DNA from: a virus
IMG/VR virus record: IMGVR_UViG_3300025009_000052
Strand: one strand, 5' to 3'
Length of the DNA stretch: 64,000 bases
Within the stretch, counting starts at the first letter, position 1. Each line of letters opens with the position of its first letter. Of this stretch, positions 17,394-26,870 are shown one piece after another. The position numbers were made by a program, and so were the translations under genes. The notes below the pieces were generated by a model. It was not told the DNA's origin and ran no database searches. It saw nothing but the letters and a program-made list of their open reading frames with translations.

Positions 17394-18305
17394 ATGGTCA
17401 AAAAAAGAATAAATAAAGAAAAAACGTCTGAATCAGACATGTTAAAACATGTTATTAGATTGTTACAAAAAGACGGTTGGGAAATATTTCAGGAAGTCAA
17501 TACCCCGATGGGTATAATTGACATTGTAGCTAAACAAAAGATTAAAAATATCGAAATAACTTGGGGGATTGAGGGTAAATTGTCGTTTAGTTTAGATGTG
17601 ATGAGACAAGCCCGTAATCAATTCCCTTATTTTAATTATTTTTCTATCGCAATCCCTTGTGCAAATAATGAATTTTATAAGGAAATTCTTAAAAGTAGGG
17701 GGATTGGAATAATTTTAATAGATGGCTATGCCAAAGAATATGAGCCCGCTAAATTTAAAAGAGTTAAGACAAAAAGAAAAGTATTCCTATCCGACATTAA
17801 CAAGTTAGGAACGGCAGGTAGTTCTAGCGATAGAGTTAGTTCTTTTCAAAATACAATGCAAGAAATAATGGTTAAGTTGCTAAGTCTAGGACAAATAACC
17901 GTTAAAGACCTTTTAGATGACGATAAATATCATTATAGTTCTTTGACTGGGGCTAGAATAGGAATATCTAAGGGAGTACTATATAGAGACTACCAAGATT
18001 ATTTCAATATAACCCAAGATACTCCTATGAAAATATCTCTTACAGAAAAGGGTCGGTTCGAGGCTAAAAGATCTATTTTAGAGCGGGCCATTTCAATATC
18101 TCAAAATGGCTGTATTTATTATGACGAATTACACGATCGTTTGAGATATGCTAAATTTGACTTCACCTTACTCAACTCACAGCAGTTTGGCCAACTATTC
18201 TCTAACTCTTCTAAAGAATTTATTAAAGATCGAGACTGTAGATATCAAACAGCTAAAGATATTTTATTGAGCGAGACTATAATAAATAGTTGGAAAATAA
18301 AATAG
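17394..18305 (+). CDS. PD-(D/E)xK nuclease-fold protein (MmcB-like N-terminus)
   Basis: E...QEV...IDIVA...GIEGK...QA; GIGII strand. Confidence 0.65.
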   Translation: MVKKRINKEKTSESDMLKHVIRLLQKDGWEIFQEVNTPMGIIDIVAKQKIKNIEITWGIEGKLSFSLDVMRQARNQFPYFNYFSIAIPCANNEFYKEILKSRGIGIILIDGYAKEYEPAKFKRVKTKRKVFLSDINKLGTAGSSSDRVSSFQNTMQEIMVKLLSLGQITVKDLLDDDKYHYSSLTGARIGISKGVLYRDYQDYFNITQDTPMKISLTEKGRFEAKRSILERAISISQNGCIYYDELHDRLRYAKFDFTLLNSQQFGQLFSNSSKEFIKDRDCRYQTAKDILLSETIINSWKIK

Positions 18306-18332
18306 ACATAACAATATAATTTGTGGTAATAT
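18303..18332 (+). promoter_or_regulatory. sigma70-type promoter TAGACA-18-TAATAT with TGTG extension
   Basis: TTGTGGTAATAT at 18321-18332; AAGGAG SD follows. Confidence 0.65.
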
Positions 18333-18348
18333 AGAGTAAGGAGATAGT

Positions 18349-18870
18349 ATGAGAATTTACGACATTATTGATGGAAAACTAATTGTTAATCATAACGGAT
18401 TAAAAGGATTTAGGAGTTGTAAGGTTTTTATTAAAGATAATAAAATTATACTAGAAATAGACCGAGAACAACATGTATTAGAAGAGTTGGATTTTAGACG
18501 AATAGATGACGAAATAATCTATGTTAGACATCATATGGGTAATATGGGTAGATACACATCACTAAGCGAATATAATAGGACTCTCATTGATATTAATCCT
18601 AGTGCGATACTTAGATGGTATCACAATATACCTATCCTTGGTTTACTTATGGGGAGATCAAATATTGTGCAAGATATTGCAAGTCATAGTAATTACATAC
18701 AGCAAGCTAAAAAGGATCGGGAAGAGTCGGATATACAATATAACAGTTATCGTAACCAACTTAAACAGTTAGGGGAAGAAAAAGAACGTCTACTAAAAGA
18801 ATTCAGGGCTAAGGTTGATAAATATACACAGCAATTTATAGAAGACGCTTTTCAACAGGGTTTGATATGA
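18349..18870 (+). CDS. Hypothetical protein
   Basis: AAGGAG SD; C-terminal coiled coil. Confidence 0.7.
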   Translation: MRIYDIIDGKLIVNHNGLKGFRSCKVFIKDNKIILEIDREQHVLEELDFRRIDDEIIYVRHHMGNMGRYTSLSEYNRTLIDINPSAILRWYHNIPILGLLMGRSNIVQDIASHSNYIQQAKKDREESDIQYNSYRNQLKQLGEEKERLLKEFRAKVDKYTQQFIEDAFQQGLI

Positions 18871-19439
18871 AAAGATCATATCTAATAACGCAATTAGCCG
18901 ATTTATACGAATCAATCCCCAAAGGAGCTAGCGCCTATCACATCTGTGATATGTTGATTTATAAGGCTGAGAAGTTGGGGATGTTGTCACCTTCTAATGT
19001 ACCGTTTAGTATTAATCCAGTAGTTGAAGAGGATGGGTGTGGAAATCAAACTAGATTAAAAGATTTAGTTGGTTGGGAAGACGAGAGTGATGAAGATTGG
19101 CAAGAGTCTTTTTGCGAAGAAATAGACGAACATCCAAAAACTATAAAGCAAGTCTTGAAAGAAGAAAGTATTAACAATCAAAACTGTCCCTTATGTGATA
19201 AAATAGTTGACACCGAAGGTGATTGTACAAACCCTAAATGTAATGCCTATGGGTATAGGGTTCGATGGCCACTTATAGTCTCATGTCAAACAGCTATTAC
19301 CGATAATACTAAAACCGTATTTAAAGCGTGCCCAGAATGTGAAGGGTCTGGATTTATAGGTAAACTATATCCAAGTGGCCATACCGAGGTTAAATGCGAA
19401 AGATGTAGCGGAGAAGGAATGATAGAAGATGAAGATTAG
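18867..19439 (+). CDS. Zn-finger protein with DnaJ-type CxxCxGxG motifs
   Basis: CPECEGSG and CERCSGEG. Confidence 0.65.
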   Translation: MKRSYLITQLADLYESIPKGASAYHICDMLIYKAEKLGMLSPSNVPFSINPVVEEDGCGNQTRLKDLVGWEDESDEDWQESFCEEIDEHPKTIKQVLKEESINNQNCPLCDKIVDTEGDCTNPKCNAYGYRVRWPLIVSCQTAITDNTKTVFKACPECEGSGFIGKLYPSGHTEVKCERCSGEGMIEDED

Positions 19440-19806
19440 GCTAATAAACTTTCTTTTATTCTTGTGTGATAACTTTCAATATATACTAGGTAATATATCT
19501 AGATTGCTTTCTAAAATAGCGGGGACTTTTGAAGATTATTTATTAAGACTAAAATGTAAAGAGCGTGACGCTCGCCCGATTTATAAAGTGGAAGTAAAAA
19601 ATAGGACTAAATACACTAAAGAATATTGCGGAATCACCCACTGTTGTCCATTATGGTTACATAAATTATGGAAGAAATTTATGTGCAAAAGAAATATCCA
19701 TATTTTTGACGAATCACTATCCTGTAATGACCACTTTTTAAGTTGCGACGCTTGTGACTTGGTAGTTCAAATTAAATACATAGACACTACATATGTGGAG
19801 AATTAA
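19429..19806 (+). CDS. Hypothetical Cys/His-rich protein
   Basis: Overlap-coupled ORF. Confidence 0.6.
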   Translation: MKIRLINFLLFLCDNFQYILGNISRLLSKIAGTFEDYLLRLKCKERDARPIYKVEVKNRTKYTKEYCGITHCCPLWLHKLWKKFMCKRNIHIFDESLSCNDHFLSCDACDLVVQIKYIDTTYVEN

Positions 19807-19808
19807 AC

Positions 19809-20021
19809 ATGACTGGATTAGAAGCTTTAAAATATTTACTAGAAAATAAGAACTCAACCATCTTTTTAAAAGACCGGGAAAAAGAGTATAAAATTGGCAA
19901 TAAGTATACAGATAATTACTTCCCAACTCTTTTAATGAGACATAGCCCTAAGAATATGTGGGAACCGTGTCATATAACTATCAACGATTTTCTAATGAAA
20001 GAATGGAGTTTAAATGAGTAA
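19809..20021 (+). CDS. Hypothetical protein
   Basis: GGAG SD. Confidence 0.6.
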   Translation: MTGLEALKYLLENKNSTIFLKDREKEYKIGNKYTDNYFPTLLMRHSPKNMWEPCHITINDFLMKEWSLNE

Positions 20022-20223
20022 GAAAATAGATAAATGTCAGTTTTGTGGAGGATCTGGGGCTGAAGCCTACGGAGATTATGAAACCCAAGTCTGTTACTAC
20101 TGTGGGGGCACTGGAGAGCATAGAGAAGAACATTACACCTGTAACGAATGCTCTATAAAGGACACCTGTCAATTTGCCTTTGATCTCTACAGCACTAACG
20201 GCGATTGTTTGGCGGAAAAATGA
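20014..20223 (+). CDS. Small Zn-finger protein with CxxCxGxG motifs
   Basis: CQFCGGSG, CYYCGGTG and further Cys residues. Confidence 0.65.
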   Translation: MSKKIDKCQFCGGSGAEAYGDYETQVCYYCGGTGEHREEHYTCNECSIKDTCQFAFDLYSTNGDCLAEK

Positions 20224-20672
20224 GATATATTAATATCCAAAAACATAAATCATCATGTGGTCCAATAGCCGTTATAAATGCTATTAAGTGGTTAGGTGGC
20301 AAACTGTCTTACAAATATTTAGATATGTTTGAAGCTTTTGGCTGGACTAAAAAAGGAATGGATACTAAACAAATGATGCTTATTCTAGACACTTTTGGCG
20401 TTGAATATCACGTTATTTTTAATCCATCTACAAGATTTATAGAGAACTCATTATCTAAAGGAAACGCAGCAATCCTAATGTTTAGGTGGTTTTTACCTAA
20501 TAAAAACTGTGATCACGCTACCTTTGTTTATAAAAACCACAGATCTTGGTTAGATGCCAGCAATACAATTCCATGTGGATTTACAATATTACCTAAAAAA
20601 ATATTAACTAAGTTTTTAAATACCAGTAGAAGGAAGGGATTTCCCTCTATAATGGTGGAGATTTTAGGATGA
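20220..20672 (+). CDS. Peptidase C39-like (papain-fold) protein 1
   Basis: Q-x5-CG (QKHKSSCGPIAVINA), later HATFV and ASN; ATGA start at 20220. Confidence 0.7.
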   Translation: MRYINIQKHKSSCGPIAVINAIKWLGGKLSYKYLDMFEAFGWTKKGMDTKQMMLILDTFGVEYHVIFNPSTRFIENSLSKGNAAILMFRWFLPNKNCDHATFVYKNHRSWLDASNTIPCGFTILPKKILTKFLNTSRRKGFPSIMVEILG

Positions 20673-21016
20673 GACAGCGTGATATACATTTAGAAGCCCT
20701 AGAGATGTTAAGAGAAAAGATTCAAAAAGAATACGAAGAAATATCCAAGATAGCTAACGACGATCCAGTGTCGGAACTGGGTAATTTATATCGAGAATTT
20801 AATACGATGACGACAGGTGATAAAATGGTCAATATTGATAAAATGGTCAAAAAAGAAAGAGAATTGAACGCTAGGATGGAAAAACAAAAGAACCTATCGG
20901 AATTACTCACTAAACAAAGTGATTTAAGATTTAAACTAGACAAGATAATTGGTGAAATAAACAATATTGAATATATGGCGAAACTGTATGAAAAACAAAC
21001 CTCTCCTACAAAATAA
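20669..21016 (+). CDS. Coiled-coil hypothetical protein
   Basis: Helical, charged; lies between the two C39-like genes. Confidence 0.65.
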   Translation: MRQRDIHLEALEMLREKIQKEYEEISKIANDDPVSELGNLYREFNTMTTGDKMVNIDKMVKKERELNARMEKQKNLSELLTKQSDLRFKLDKIIGEINNIEYMAKLYEKQTSPTK

Positions 21017-21449
21017 CGACTATGGCTGTGGTGTATTCGCCATAATGAACGCCATAAACAAAGTTAGTAAGAGACAGTTAACATTGGAGGACATTCCAAG
21101 GTGGGAAAAAATATTAAAAACAGATAAAGAATACGGAACGCTTAGAACAGATCTGATGTTAAAATGTCTTAGAAAGCATTTTTACGCAACTATGAGTAAA
21201 AAGTTCTCTAAGAAGAAAATGGACAATTGGTTAGATAGAGGTAACCAAGCGATTATTCTATACCCATACGAAGGCAAGTACGAGCTACACTATAGCAATA
21301 TCTTCTACAGATTTAAAGATGGCTATGAAGGTGTTAATTTCTGGATTAAAAATAATAAATGGGCCAGGTCTAGTAAAACCAATGAAAGGTGTATTAAATG
21401 GTTTTACCAGGAAGGAACTGAAATATTCTATCTAAGGGAGAGAAAATGA
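20988..21449 (+). CDS. Peptidase C39-like (papain-fold) protein 2
   Basis: QNNDYGCGVFAIMNA...GT...LHYS...GVN. Confidence 0.7.
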   Translation: MKNKPLLQNNDYGCGVFAIMNAINKVSKRQLTLEDIPRWEKILKTDKEYGTLRTDLMLKCLRKHFYATMSKKFSKKKMDNWLDRGNQAIILYPYEGKYELHYSNIFYRFKDGYEGVNFWIKNNKWARSSKTNERCIKWFYQEGTEIFYLRERK

Positions 21450-21649
21450 TTAAAGTTAAAACATATAATATTAAAACACTGAGTAAAAACTATCGGTGGG
21501 TGTGGTCGGAGCTTTACTTCACGATTCTCATAAATATATTAGGTAAAGAAAGATTATTTACGTTCAAGCTTTACTATTGGACCAAGCCCAGCAAAATATC
21601 CATGGAAGTCGCCAAAAGGATTGACCAAGCAGTAAGACATTTTGATTGA
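21446..21649 (+). CDS. Hypothetical protein
   Basis: GGAG SD, ATGA coupling. Confidence 0.55.
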   Translation: MIKVKTYNIKTLSKNYRWVWSELYFTILINILGKERLFTFKLYYWTKPSKISMEVAKRIDQAVRHFD

Positions 21650-21666
21650 TACAAGGATTAATCATT

Positions 21667-21678
21667 TTGTGGTATATT
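21667..21678 (+). promoter_or_regulatory. Extended -10 promoter TTGTGGTATATT
   Basis: Intergenic recurrent motif. Confidence 0.65.
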
Positions 21679-21694
21679 AAATAAAGAGGTATAA

Positions 21695-21934
21695 ATGAAA
21701 AATTGTGTACTAATTTCCCCTAACTTACAAGATATTGTGGATGGAAATACGAATAATACTAGTAATAATGCGATATTATTAAATAGTTATGCTCAATTTG
21801 GTGTTACAATCTATGTCAGAGAATCTGTTCCAGACAATCGATTTATGGTTTTTGATAGTAACGGAGAGTCAACTGTTTACGGCATAATAGAAGAAGATAC
21901 TGACCACACCAATCCATTTGGAGAGGAAATGTAA
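21695..21934 (+). CDS. Hypothetical protein
   Basis: GAGGT SD. Confidence 0.65.
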   Translation: MKNCVLISPNLQDIVDGNTNNTSNNAILLNSYAQFGVTIYVRESVPDNRFMVFDSNGESTVYGIIEEDTDHTNPFGEEM

Positions 21935-22452
21935 TGGATATATTCTTACTTTCCATGGCAATATTTAGCTTAGTTTTTCTTTCATTTAAAGAAAAAGACA
22001 TGTTGAGGGTGGATTTTTCAGCTATATCTAAATTTTTAGCTTTCATGGCTCTGGTGATTTGCGCTCGATTAGGTCTGAATTCTTTTATGTTAAGCGTTGG
22101 TGCCGGACCAATTGTAGATGAAAAAATACTAAGTAAAACAGAGCCGTGGGTGTTTATGTTGGTATGGTTAGAAGACTTGGCCTTTGCAGCGCCAATTTAT
22201 CTATTTAAGCAGTATATAAGTAAAAACAAGTGGTTTTGGATACCTATTGCTATCGGATTTTCATTATTTTTTGCTAGTCAACATGTTTACTTAGGATATT
22301 CTTGGGCATTAGTAACAATTTTATATCCATACCTTATTTCGTGCAAGTACTCACTAAGGTTTGGTTTTGGAACGGTTATGATGTGTCATGTTTTGTATGA
22401 TTTTATAACCTATTATACGACTGTATTGTCTAATTATCAGGTAGGTAAATAA
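21934..22452 (+). CDS. CPBP (CAAX/Abi) family intramembrane metalloprotease-like protein
   Basis: Multi-TM; WLED (EExxxR-like), FASQH (FxxxH) and CHVLYD (HxxxN/D) motifs. Confidence 0.7.
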   Translation: MDIFLLSMAIFSLVFLSFKEKDMLRVDFSAISKFLAFMALVICARLGLNSFMLSVGAGPIVDEKILSKTEPWVFMLVWLEDLAFAAPIYLFKQYISKNKWFWIPIAIGFSLFFASQHVYLGYSWALVTILYPYLISCKYSLRFGFGTVMMCHVLYDFITYYTTVLSNYQVGK

Positions 22453-22637
22453 TGTGCGAAGTTAAGTATTATGCATTTATAAATAGTCAGAAGAAAAAGT
22501 GCCAAAGGTGTGGTGAGTTGTATCAAGGTGAAGACGAAAATATTTGTGATAGTTGTGTTAATGAGATATTGAGAGAAATGGAAGAATACGAAAACGAGTT
22601 TTATTATAGAAATATGGGTCGTGATCAAGAGTATTAA
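22452..22637 (+). CDS. Small CxxC Zn-finger protein
   Basis: CQRC...CDSC; TAATG overlap. Confidence 0.6.
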   Translation: MCEVKYYAFINSQKKKCQRCGELYQGEDENICDSCVNEILREMEEYENEFYYRNMGRDQEY

Positions 22638-22652
22638 CCTAGTAGGAGGCGC

Positions 22653-22931
22653 ATGAAACAATAATATTATATTTCTCAAGAACAGGTAAGGTCGTTACCC
22701 GATAATGGGGGAAATTTACATAAAGCTTTTCTTTTTGCCACAAAGATGCTTGAGGGTGTGGAATTTCCACCGGTGCAGATATATTTCGACAAAGATAATA
22801 ATAGGTGGGATTATAATGACGGTCGCCATCGTGTTCGAGCGGCAAGAATGGCTAATCTTCCTCTAAAGGTTAAATCCTATAAGATAATGGGGGCTACAAA
22901 AAGACAAAAAAGGAGCAACGGTGAAGATTAA
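22653..22931 (+). pseudogene. ParB/Srx-like domain gene with in-frame TAA at codon 4
   Basis: AGGAGG SD, ATG AAA CAA TAA, then an open frame into FPPVQI...NDGRHRVRAA (ParB/Srx DGxHR motif). Confidence 0.6.
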
Positions 22932-23124
22932 ATCCAACGAAGAGTTGTTTAATGATATCTATCATTTAGCCGCTAAAACAACTAGTTTAGCCAGTATCGT
23001 TCAAAACGATACGGAAATAACCCCAGAAGATTATAAGGAATGGGCACTTATGGGCACCCAATGTATTAACGATATTAAACTGTGGATGCAAAAAGTTTAT
23101 AAGCATATTCAGGAAAATCAATAG
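22921..23124 (+). CDS. Hypothetical protein
   Basis: AAGGAG SD, GTG start. Confidence 0.65.
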   Translation: MKIKSNEELFNDIYHLAAKTTSLASIVQNDTEITPEDYKEWALMGTQCINDIKLWMQKVYKHIQENQ

Positions 23125-23128
23125 TAAT

Positions 23129-23140
23129 TTGTGGTATAAT
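23129..23140 (+). promoter_or_regulatory. Extended -10 promoter TTGTGGTATAAT
   Basis: Perfect TG-n-TATAAT, intergenic, AGGAG SD follows. Confidence 0.75.
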
Positions 23141-23155
23141 ACTGTAGGAGAGTAA

Positions 23156-23749
23156 ATGCAAAACACATTAGCTATAATTAAACCTAACATAATCGAAGCA
23201 AATAAGCTTTGCGAAGTATTTTGGGATATTAGAAGCGCTAAATTTGCCATTGACGATATTAAATATATAAAATCGCCCTCCTTAGAGTTTGTTTCTGATT
23301 TTTACCATGAGCATAAGAATAAAGATTTTTACGATAGGCTAGTTAATGGAATGGCAAATAGGCCTTGGCTGGTTTTGGATATTCACAGTCAGGAAGATAA
23401 TTTAAACTCTATTGATTTGTGGAGATTAGCCGTTCTTAAATTGAGACCGTACTATAGCGGAACCGAAAAGCACGACAATGGCCTTCATGGATCGGATTCC
23501 CTACAGTCCTACTTTAGAGAGAGAAAGTTGGTGTTTGGGTATGCTCCAGAAATAAACAATACCGATGAATTTGTAAATCTAACCTCTACAGACGGGAGCT
23601 TTTGTAAAATAAGAAAAAGCAGTATTATTGGGGTAAATCTCACCCCAGGCTGTGGTGGATCTGTTATTCTTCAGACAGGAGAAAGCTTGACATATGATAT
23701 GGTACATATGTTGGAGATATTAAAACAATTAAAACCAATAAAAGTATGA
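23156..23749 (+). CDS. ndk: Nucleoside diphosphate kinase with extra C-terminal domain
   Basis: TLAIIKP, FYHEHKNKDFY, LR...NGLHGSDS catalytic motif. Confidence 0.9.
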   Translation: MQNTLAIIKPNIIEANKLCEVFWDIRSAKFAIDDIKYIKSPSLEFVSDFYHEHKNKDFYDRLVNGMANRPWLVLDIHSQEDNLNSIDLWRLAVLKLRPYYSGTEKHDNGLHGSDSLQSYFRERKLVFGYAPEINNTDEFVNLTSTDGSFCKIRKSSIIGVNLTPGCGGSVILQTGESLTYDMVHMLEILKQLKPIKV

Positions 23750-24039
23750 TGAAACATGTTGAAAAACACATTCACGGCATTTTAGAAAAAACCTTTAGAG
23801 ATTATAAAACCAACTTTAGCGCTTCCTCAAAAGAGTCGATCTCAAATTTTACCAAAGAGTTTATTAATAATTTAGATAAAAACCTTGATTTGGACGTTGC
23901 CTATCTATCTACCCAATCTAAAGAAGCTGAGTTAATCAGAAATATAGACCAAATAATGGTATTATCTAATATAAATACACCTGACAATATACTAATGCAT
24001 ATTAAGGATTTGGTTGAAAAATACAAGGAAGATAAATGA
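23746..24039 (+). CDS. Hypothetical protein
   Basis: ATGA coupling. Confidence 0.6.
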   Translation: MMKHVEKHIHGILEKTFRDYKTNFSASSKESISNFTKEFINNLDKNLDLDVAYLSTQSKEAELIRNIDQIMVLSNINTPDNILMHIKDLVEKYKEDK

Positions 24040-24326
24040 GAGAAAGATATAAACCAATGTTTATTAATGGAGATAGTGAGTCTTTGTTAGAAATAGCAAA
24101 ATCTCTAGATATTCAGTGTGAGAAACTTAAAGATGAGAATGATAAATTATTGAAAATTATAGAGGTGTCTGGTCGAATGGCACTAGCGATTCAGATAGTA
24201 ACAAGCTATCCACTTAAAAGATTAGCGGAAAGTATTCCTAATCTGGAAGCGATAGTAAACGAGTATTATTCCTTAATTGGAGGGTTAGTTAATGAAGATA
24301 GTTCTAAAATTACTGAAGAAGGATAG
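24036..24326 (+). CDS. Hypothetical protein
   Basis: AAGGA SD, ATGA coupling. Confidence 0.6.
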   Translation: MRERYKPMFINGDSESLLEIAKSLDIQCEKLKDENDKLLKIIEVSGRMALAIQIVTSYPLKRLAESIPNLEAIVNEYYSLIGGLVNEDSSKITEEG

Positions 24327-24492
24327 CTTAACCGGTGAAAGTTCTGAAAACATAAGTGAGATTTATACTGAAGATATTGCTTGTTTATATTCAAACGGAG
24401 GTAGTGACATTACTACTATTTTTTTAAATAATGGAAAGTCATTATTAACTAAATACAAACTGAATGAATTGACAAGAATATTAGGAGTTTAG
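24292..24492 (+). CDS. Small beta-rich hypothetical protein
   Basis: GGAGGG SD. Confidence 0.6.
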   Translation: MKIVLKLLKKDSLTGESSENISEIYTEDIACLYSNGGSDITTIFLNNGKSLLTKYKLNELTRILGV

Positions 24493-25776
24493 ATGAAACA
24501 ACTTCAAAAAATGGTTAACGAACTGCAAGAGTCTAATAGCGTCAATTATAAGAAAGAGATACTTGCTAAATACCCTAATAATAAAGAGTATTTAAGACTA
24601 ATTTATAGCCCCTTTAAGCAGTTTGGTGTAACTTCTAAAAACGTAATTAAACTTAATCGTCAGCTTCAAGATGTGGAACCAGTATTTTCAAATGATCTGA
24701 TTCACTTGCTAACTATGCTTTCTGATAGGGAAATTACAGGACACATTGCTATTGCTTCGGTACAAAAATTCATAGACCATAACTTAGAGTTTGAAGATCT
24801 GATATTATCAGCAATCGATAAAAACCTTAAGTGCCGTATTGAGGCTGATGTGATTAATGCCGTATTTCCAAATTGCGTTCCAACATTTAACGTAGTTTTA
24901 GCGAAGGATTATAACAAAATTACCAAGAAACCCAATTTCGATAAGGAAAGTTGGTACTGTTCGAGAAAGCTGGATGGTTGCAGACTCCTAGTTGTAAAGA
25001 TGGGTGAAGATGTCAAGTGCTTTTCCAGAACAGGTAAGGAATTTGAAACCCTAGATGTAATAAAAGAAGAAGTTAGTCAACTTAATATAGATAATTGTGT
25101 GTTAGATGGAGAAATGTGCTTGGTTGATGAGAATGGCCAAGAAGATTTTCAAAGCGTAATGTCTGAAATTAGAAGAAAAGATCACACAATTAAAAACCCA
25201 GCCTATAAGATATTTGATATGTTAACTATTGGTGAGTTTGTAGAGGAAAAGGGAAATACCAATTTAACTGAAAGGTTAAATAATTTAAATAAACTAATGG
25301 AAAATTATAAAGGAACTTGTTTGCAGGTTTTAAAACAATCTTTTGTTCCCAACTTAGAAACCCTAATGGAAGGCGTGTCGGCTGCTACAAAGCAAGGTTG
25401 GGAAGGTTTAATAATTAGGCACGATGTTCCTTACGAAGGTAAGAGAACTAATAACTTATTAAAATTAAAGAAGTTTTTTGACGATGAGTATGTTGTTACA
25501 GATATAGAGATAGGAAAAATGAGATTTGCACTTGGTAATTCAGAAATAGAAGAAGAGGTTATGACTAAGGCTGTAATAAAACATAAGGGATTTGATGTGG
25601 GCGTTGGGTCAGGTTGGTCTATTGCGCAAAGAAGGCAATTTAAAAATAATCCATCGGATATTCTTGGTAAGACAGTAACAATACAATATTTTGAAGAAAC
25701 ACAAAACCAAGATGGTGGAATTAGCTTAAGGTTTCCAACATTTAAAGCCATTCATGGGGATAAAAGAGAGATTTAA
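24493..25776 (+). CDS. ATP-dependent DNA ligase
   Basis: Motifs I RKLDGCR, III LDGEM, IIIa IFD, IV EGLIIR, V LLKLK, VI LRFP; OB domain with VGSG. Confidence 0.95.
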   Translation: MKQLQKMVNELQESNSVNYKKEILAKYPNNKEYLRLIYSPFKQFGVTSKNVIKLNRQLQDVEPVFSNDLIHLLTMLSDREITGHIAIASVQKFIDHNLEFEDLILSAIDKNLKCRIEADVINAVFPNCVPTFNVVLAKDYNKITKKPNFDKESWYCSRKLDGCRLLVVKMGEDVKCFSRTGKEFETLDVIKEEVSQLNIDNCVLDGEMCLVDENGQEDFQSVMSEIRRKDHTIKNPAYKIFDMLTIGEFVEEKGNTNLTERLNNLNKLMENYKGTCLQVLKQSFVPNLETLMEGVSAATKQGWEGLIIRHDVPYEGKRTNNLLKLKKFFDDEYVVTDIEIGKMRFALGNSEIEEEVMTKAVIKHKGFDVGVGSGWSIAQRRQFKNNPSDILGKTVTIQYFEETQNQDGGISLRFPTFKAIHGDKREI

Positions 25777-26409
25777 TTGAACGCTAAAGAATTTTTAAAA
25801 TACGTTAAAGAACAGTGCGCCGAAAGCGATATCAAAGTTGATTTGGTGGATGGCAAGTCTATTGACGTAAACGGAACTTCTTGTACTGGTTCTTTCGATG
25901 ATAGGGCTAAGATATTGTCGGTCGCCATTAATCGACCAGAATCAGAGTGGTTACCGATCTTAGCACATGAGTTTTGTCATTTTAGACAATATAAAGAAAA
26001 TACCAGGGCGTGGAGAAATCTTTACTGTACAGTAGTTGGAAATACAATTTGCTGCGTCTCAATATTGGACTTATGGTTAAGTAATGAAATCGAATTAACC
26101 AAAGAACAGTTGGAAAAATATATCAACACCACCATTAGCGTTGAACTAGAATGCGAAATTGATACTGTCGAATTAATAAAAGAACTAGAGCTCCCAATTA
26201 ATATTGATCAGTATATTAAACAAGCCAATGCTTACTTACTATCATACCAAGCTATGAGGGTTTTTAGGCGATGGACGCTTAGGGGCAGGTCAGTAATTAA
26301 AAACAAAAGAATTATGACTAAGATGGATACTAAATTTAGTTATTCCTATCATGACCCTCTACCAAAATCATTATTAGAAAAATATATTTGGAATTTTTAT
26401 AAGGATTAG
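25777..26409 (+). CDS. Zincin-like metallopeptidase (HExxH)
   Basis: LAHEFCHFRQ plus downstream ELECE. Confidence 0.65.
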   Translation: MNAKEFLKYVKEQCAESDIKVDLVDGKSIDVNGTSCTGSFDDRAKILSVAINRPESEWLPILAHEFCHFRQYKENTRAWRNLYCTVVGNTICCVSILDLWLSNEIELTKEQLEKYINTTISVELECEIDTVELIKELELPINIDQYIKQANAYLLSYQAMRVFRRWTLRGRSVIKNKRIMTKMDTKFSYSYHDPLPKSLLEKYIWNFYKD

Positions 26410-26411
26410 TT

Positions 26412-26870
26412 ATGAAACAGTTGTTGATTTTGTTATTATTAGTAGGATGTGCTAGCGTTGTTCCTAAGCCGATTAAATATCCTAACGTATCGACTGAATT
26501 AAAACCATATATAGAGCAATTTAATACTTACTATAAGGTATATAGACACAGTTCTATCCAACCAACTATTGTTGTGGAATTAGGAGAAATACCAGATAGT
26601 AAATCCGCTTCGGGAGTCTATCGCAGAGATACCGATCAAACTACGATAAGTATCAATCATTGGATAACTCTTGACAATATGGGTAGGTTTATTTTAATAT
26701 CTCACGAATTGGGCCACCATATTTTAAAGAGAAACCATGATTTTTCTGAAAATCCAATTCTGACTGACGGCTGTCCAAGGTCTATAATGTATTATAAATC
26801 ATTCCCTAGTCTGTGTTATAAAAAACACTTTAAATATTATATGGATGAACTTTTTATGTGGAGTAATTAA
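26412..26870 (+). CDS. Lipoprotein zinc metallopeptidase (HELGH)
   Basis: Lipobox LVGC; HELGHHILKRNH...CPRSIM Met-turn. Confidence 0.75.
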   Translation: MKQLLILLLLVGCASVVPKPIKYPNVSTELKPYIEQFNTYYKVYRHSSIQPTIVVELGEIPDSKSASGVYRRDTDQTTISINHWITLDNMGRFILISHELGHHILKRNHDFSENPILTDGCPRSIMYYKSFPSLCYKKHFKYYMDELFMWSN

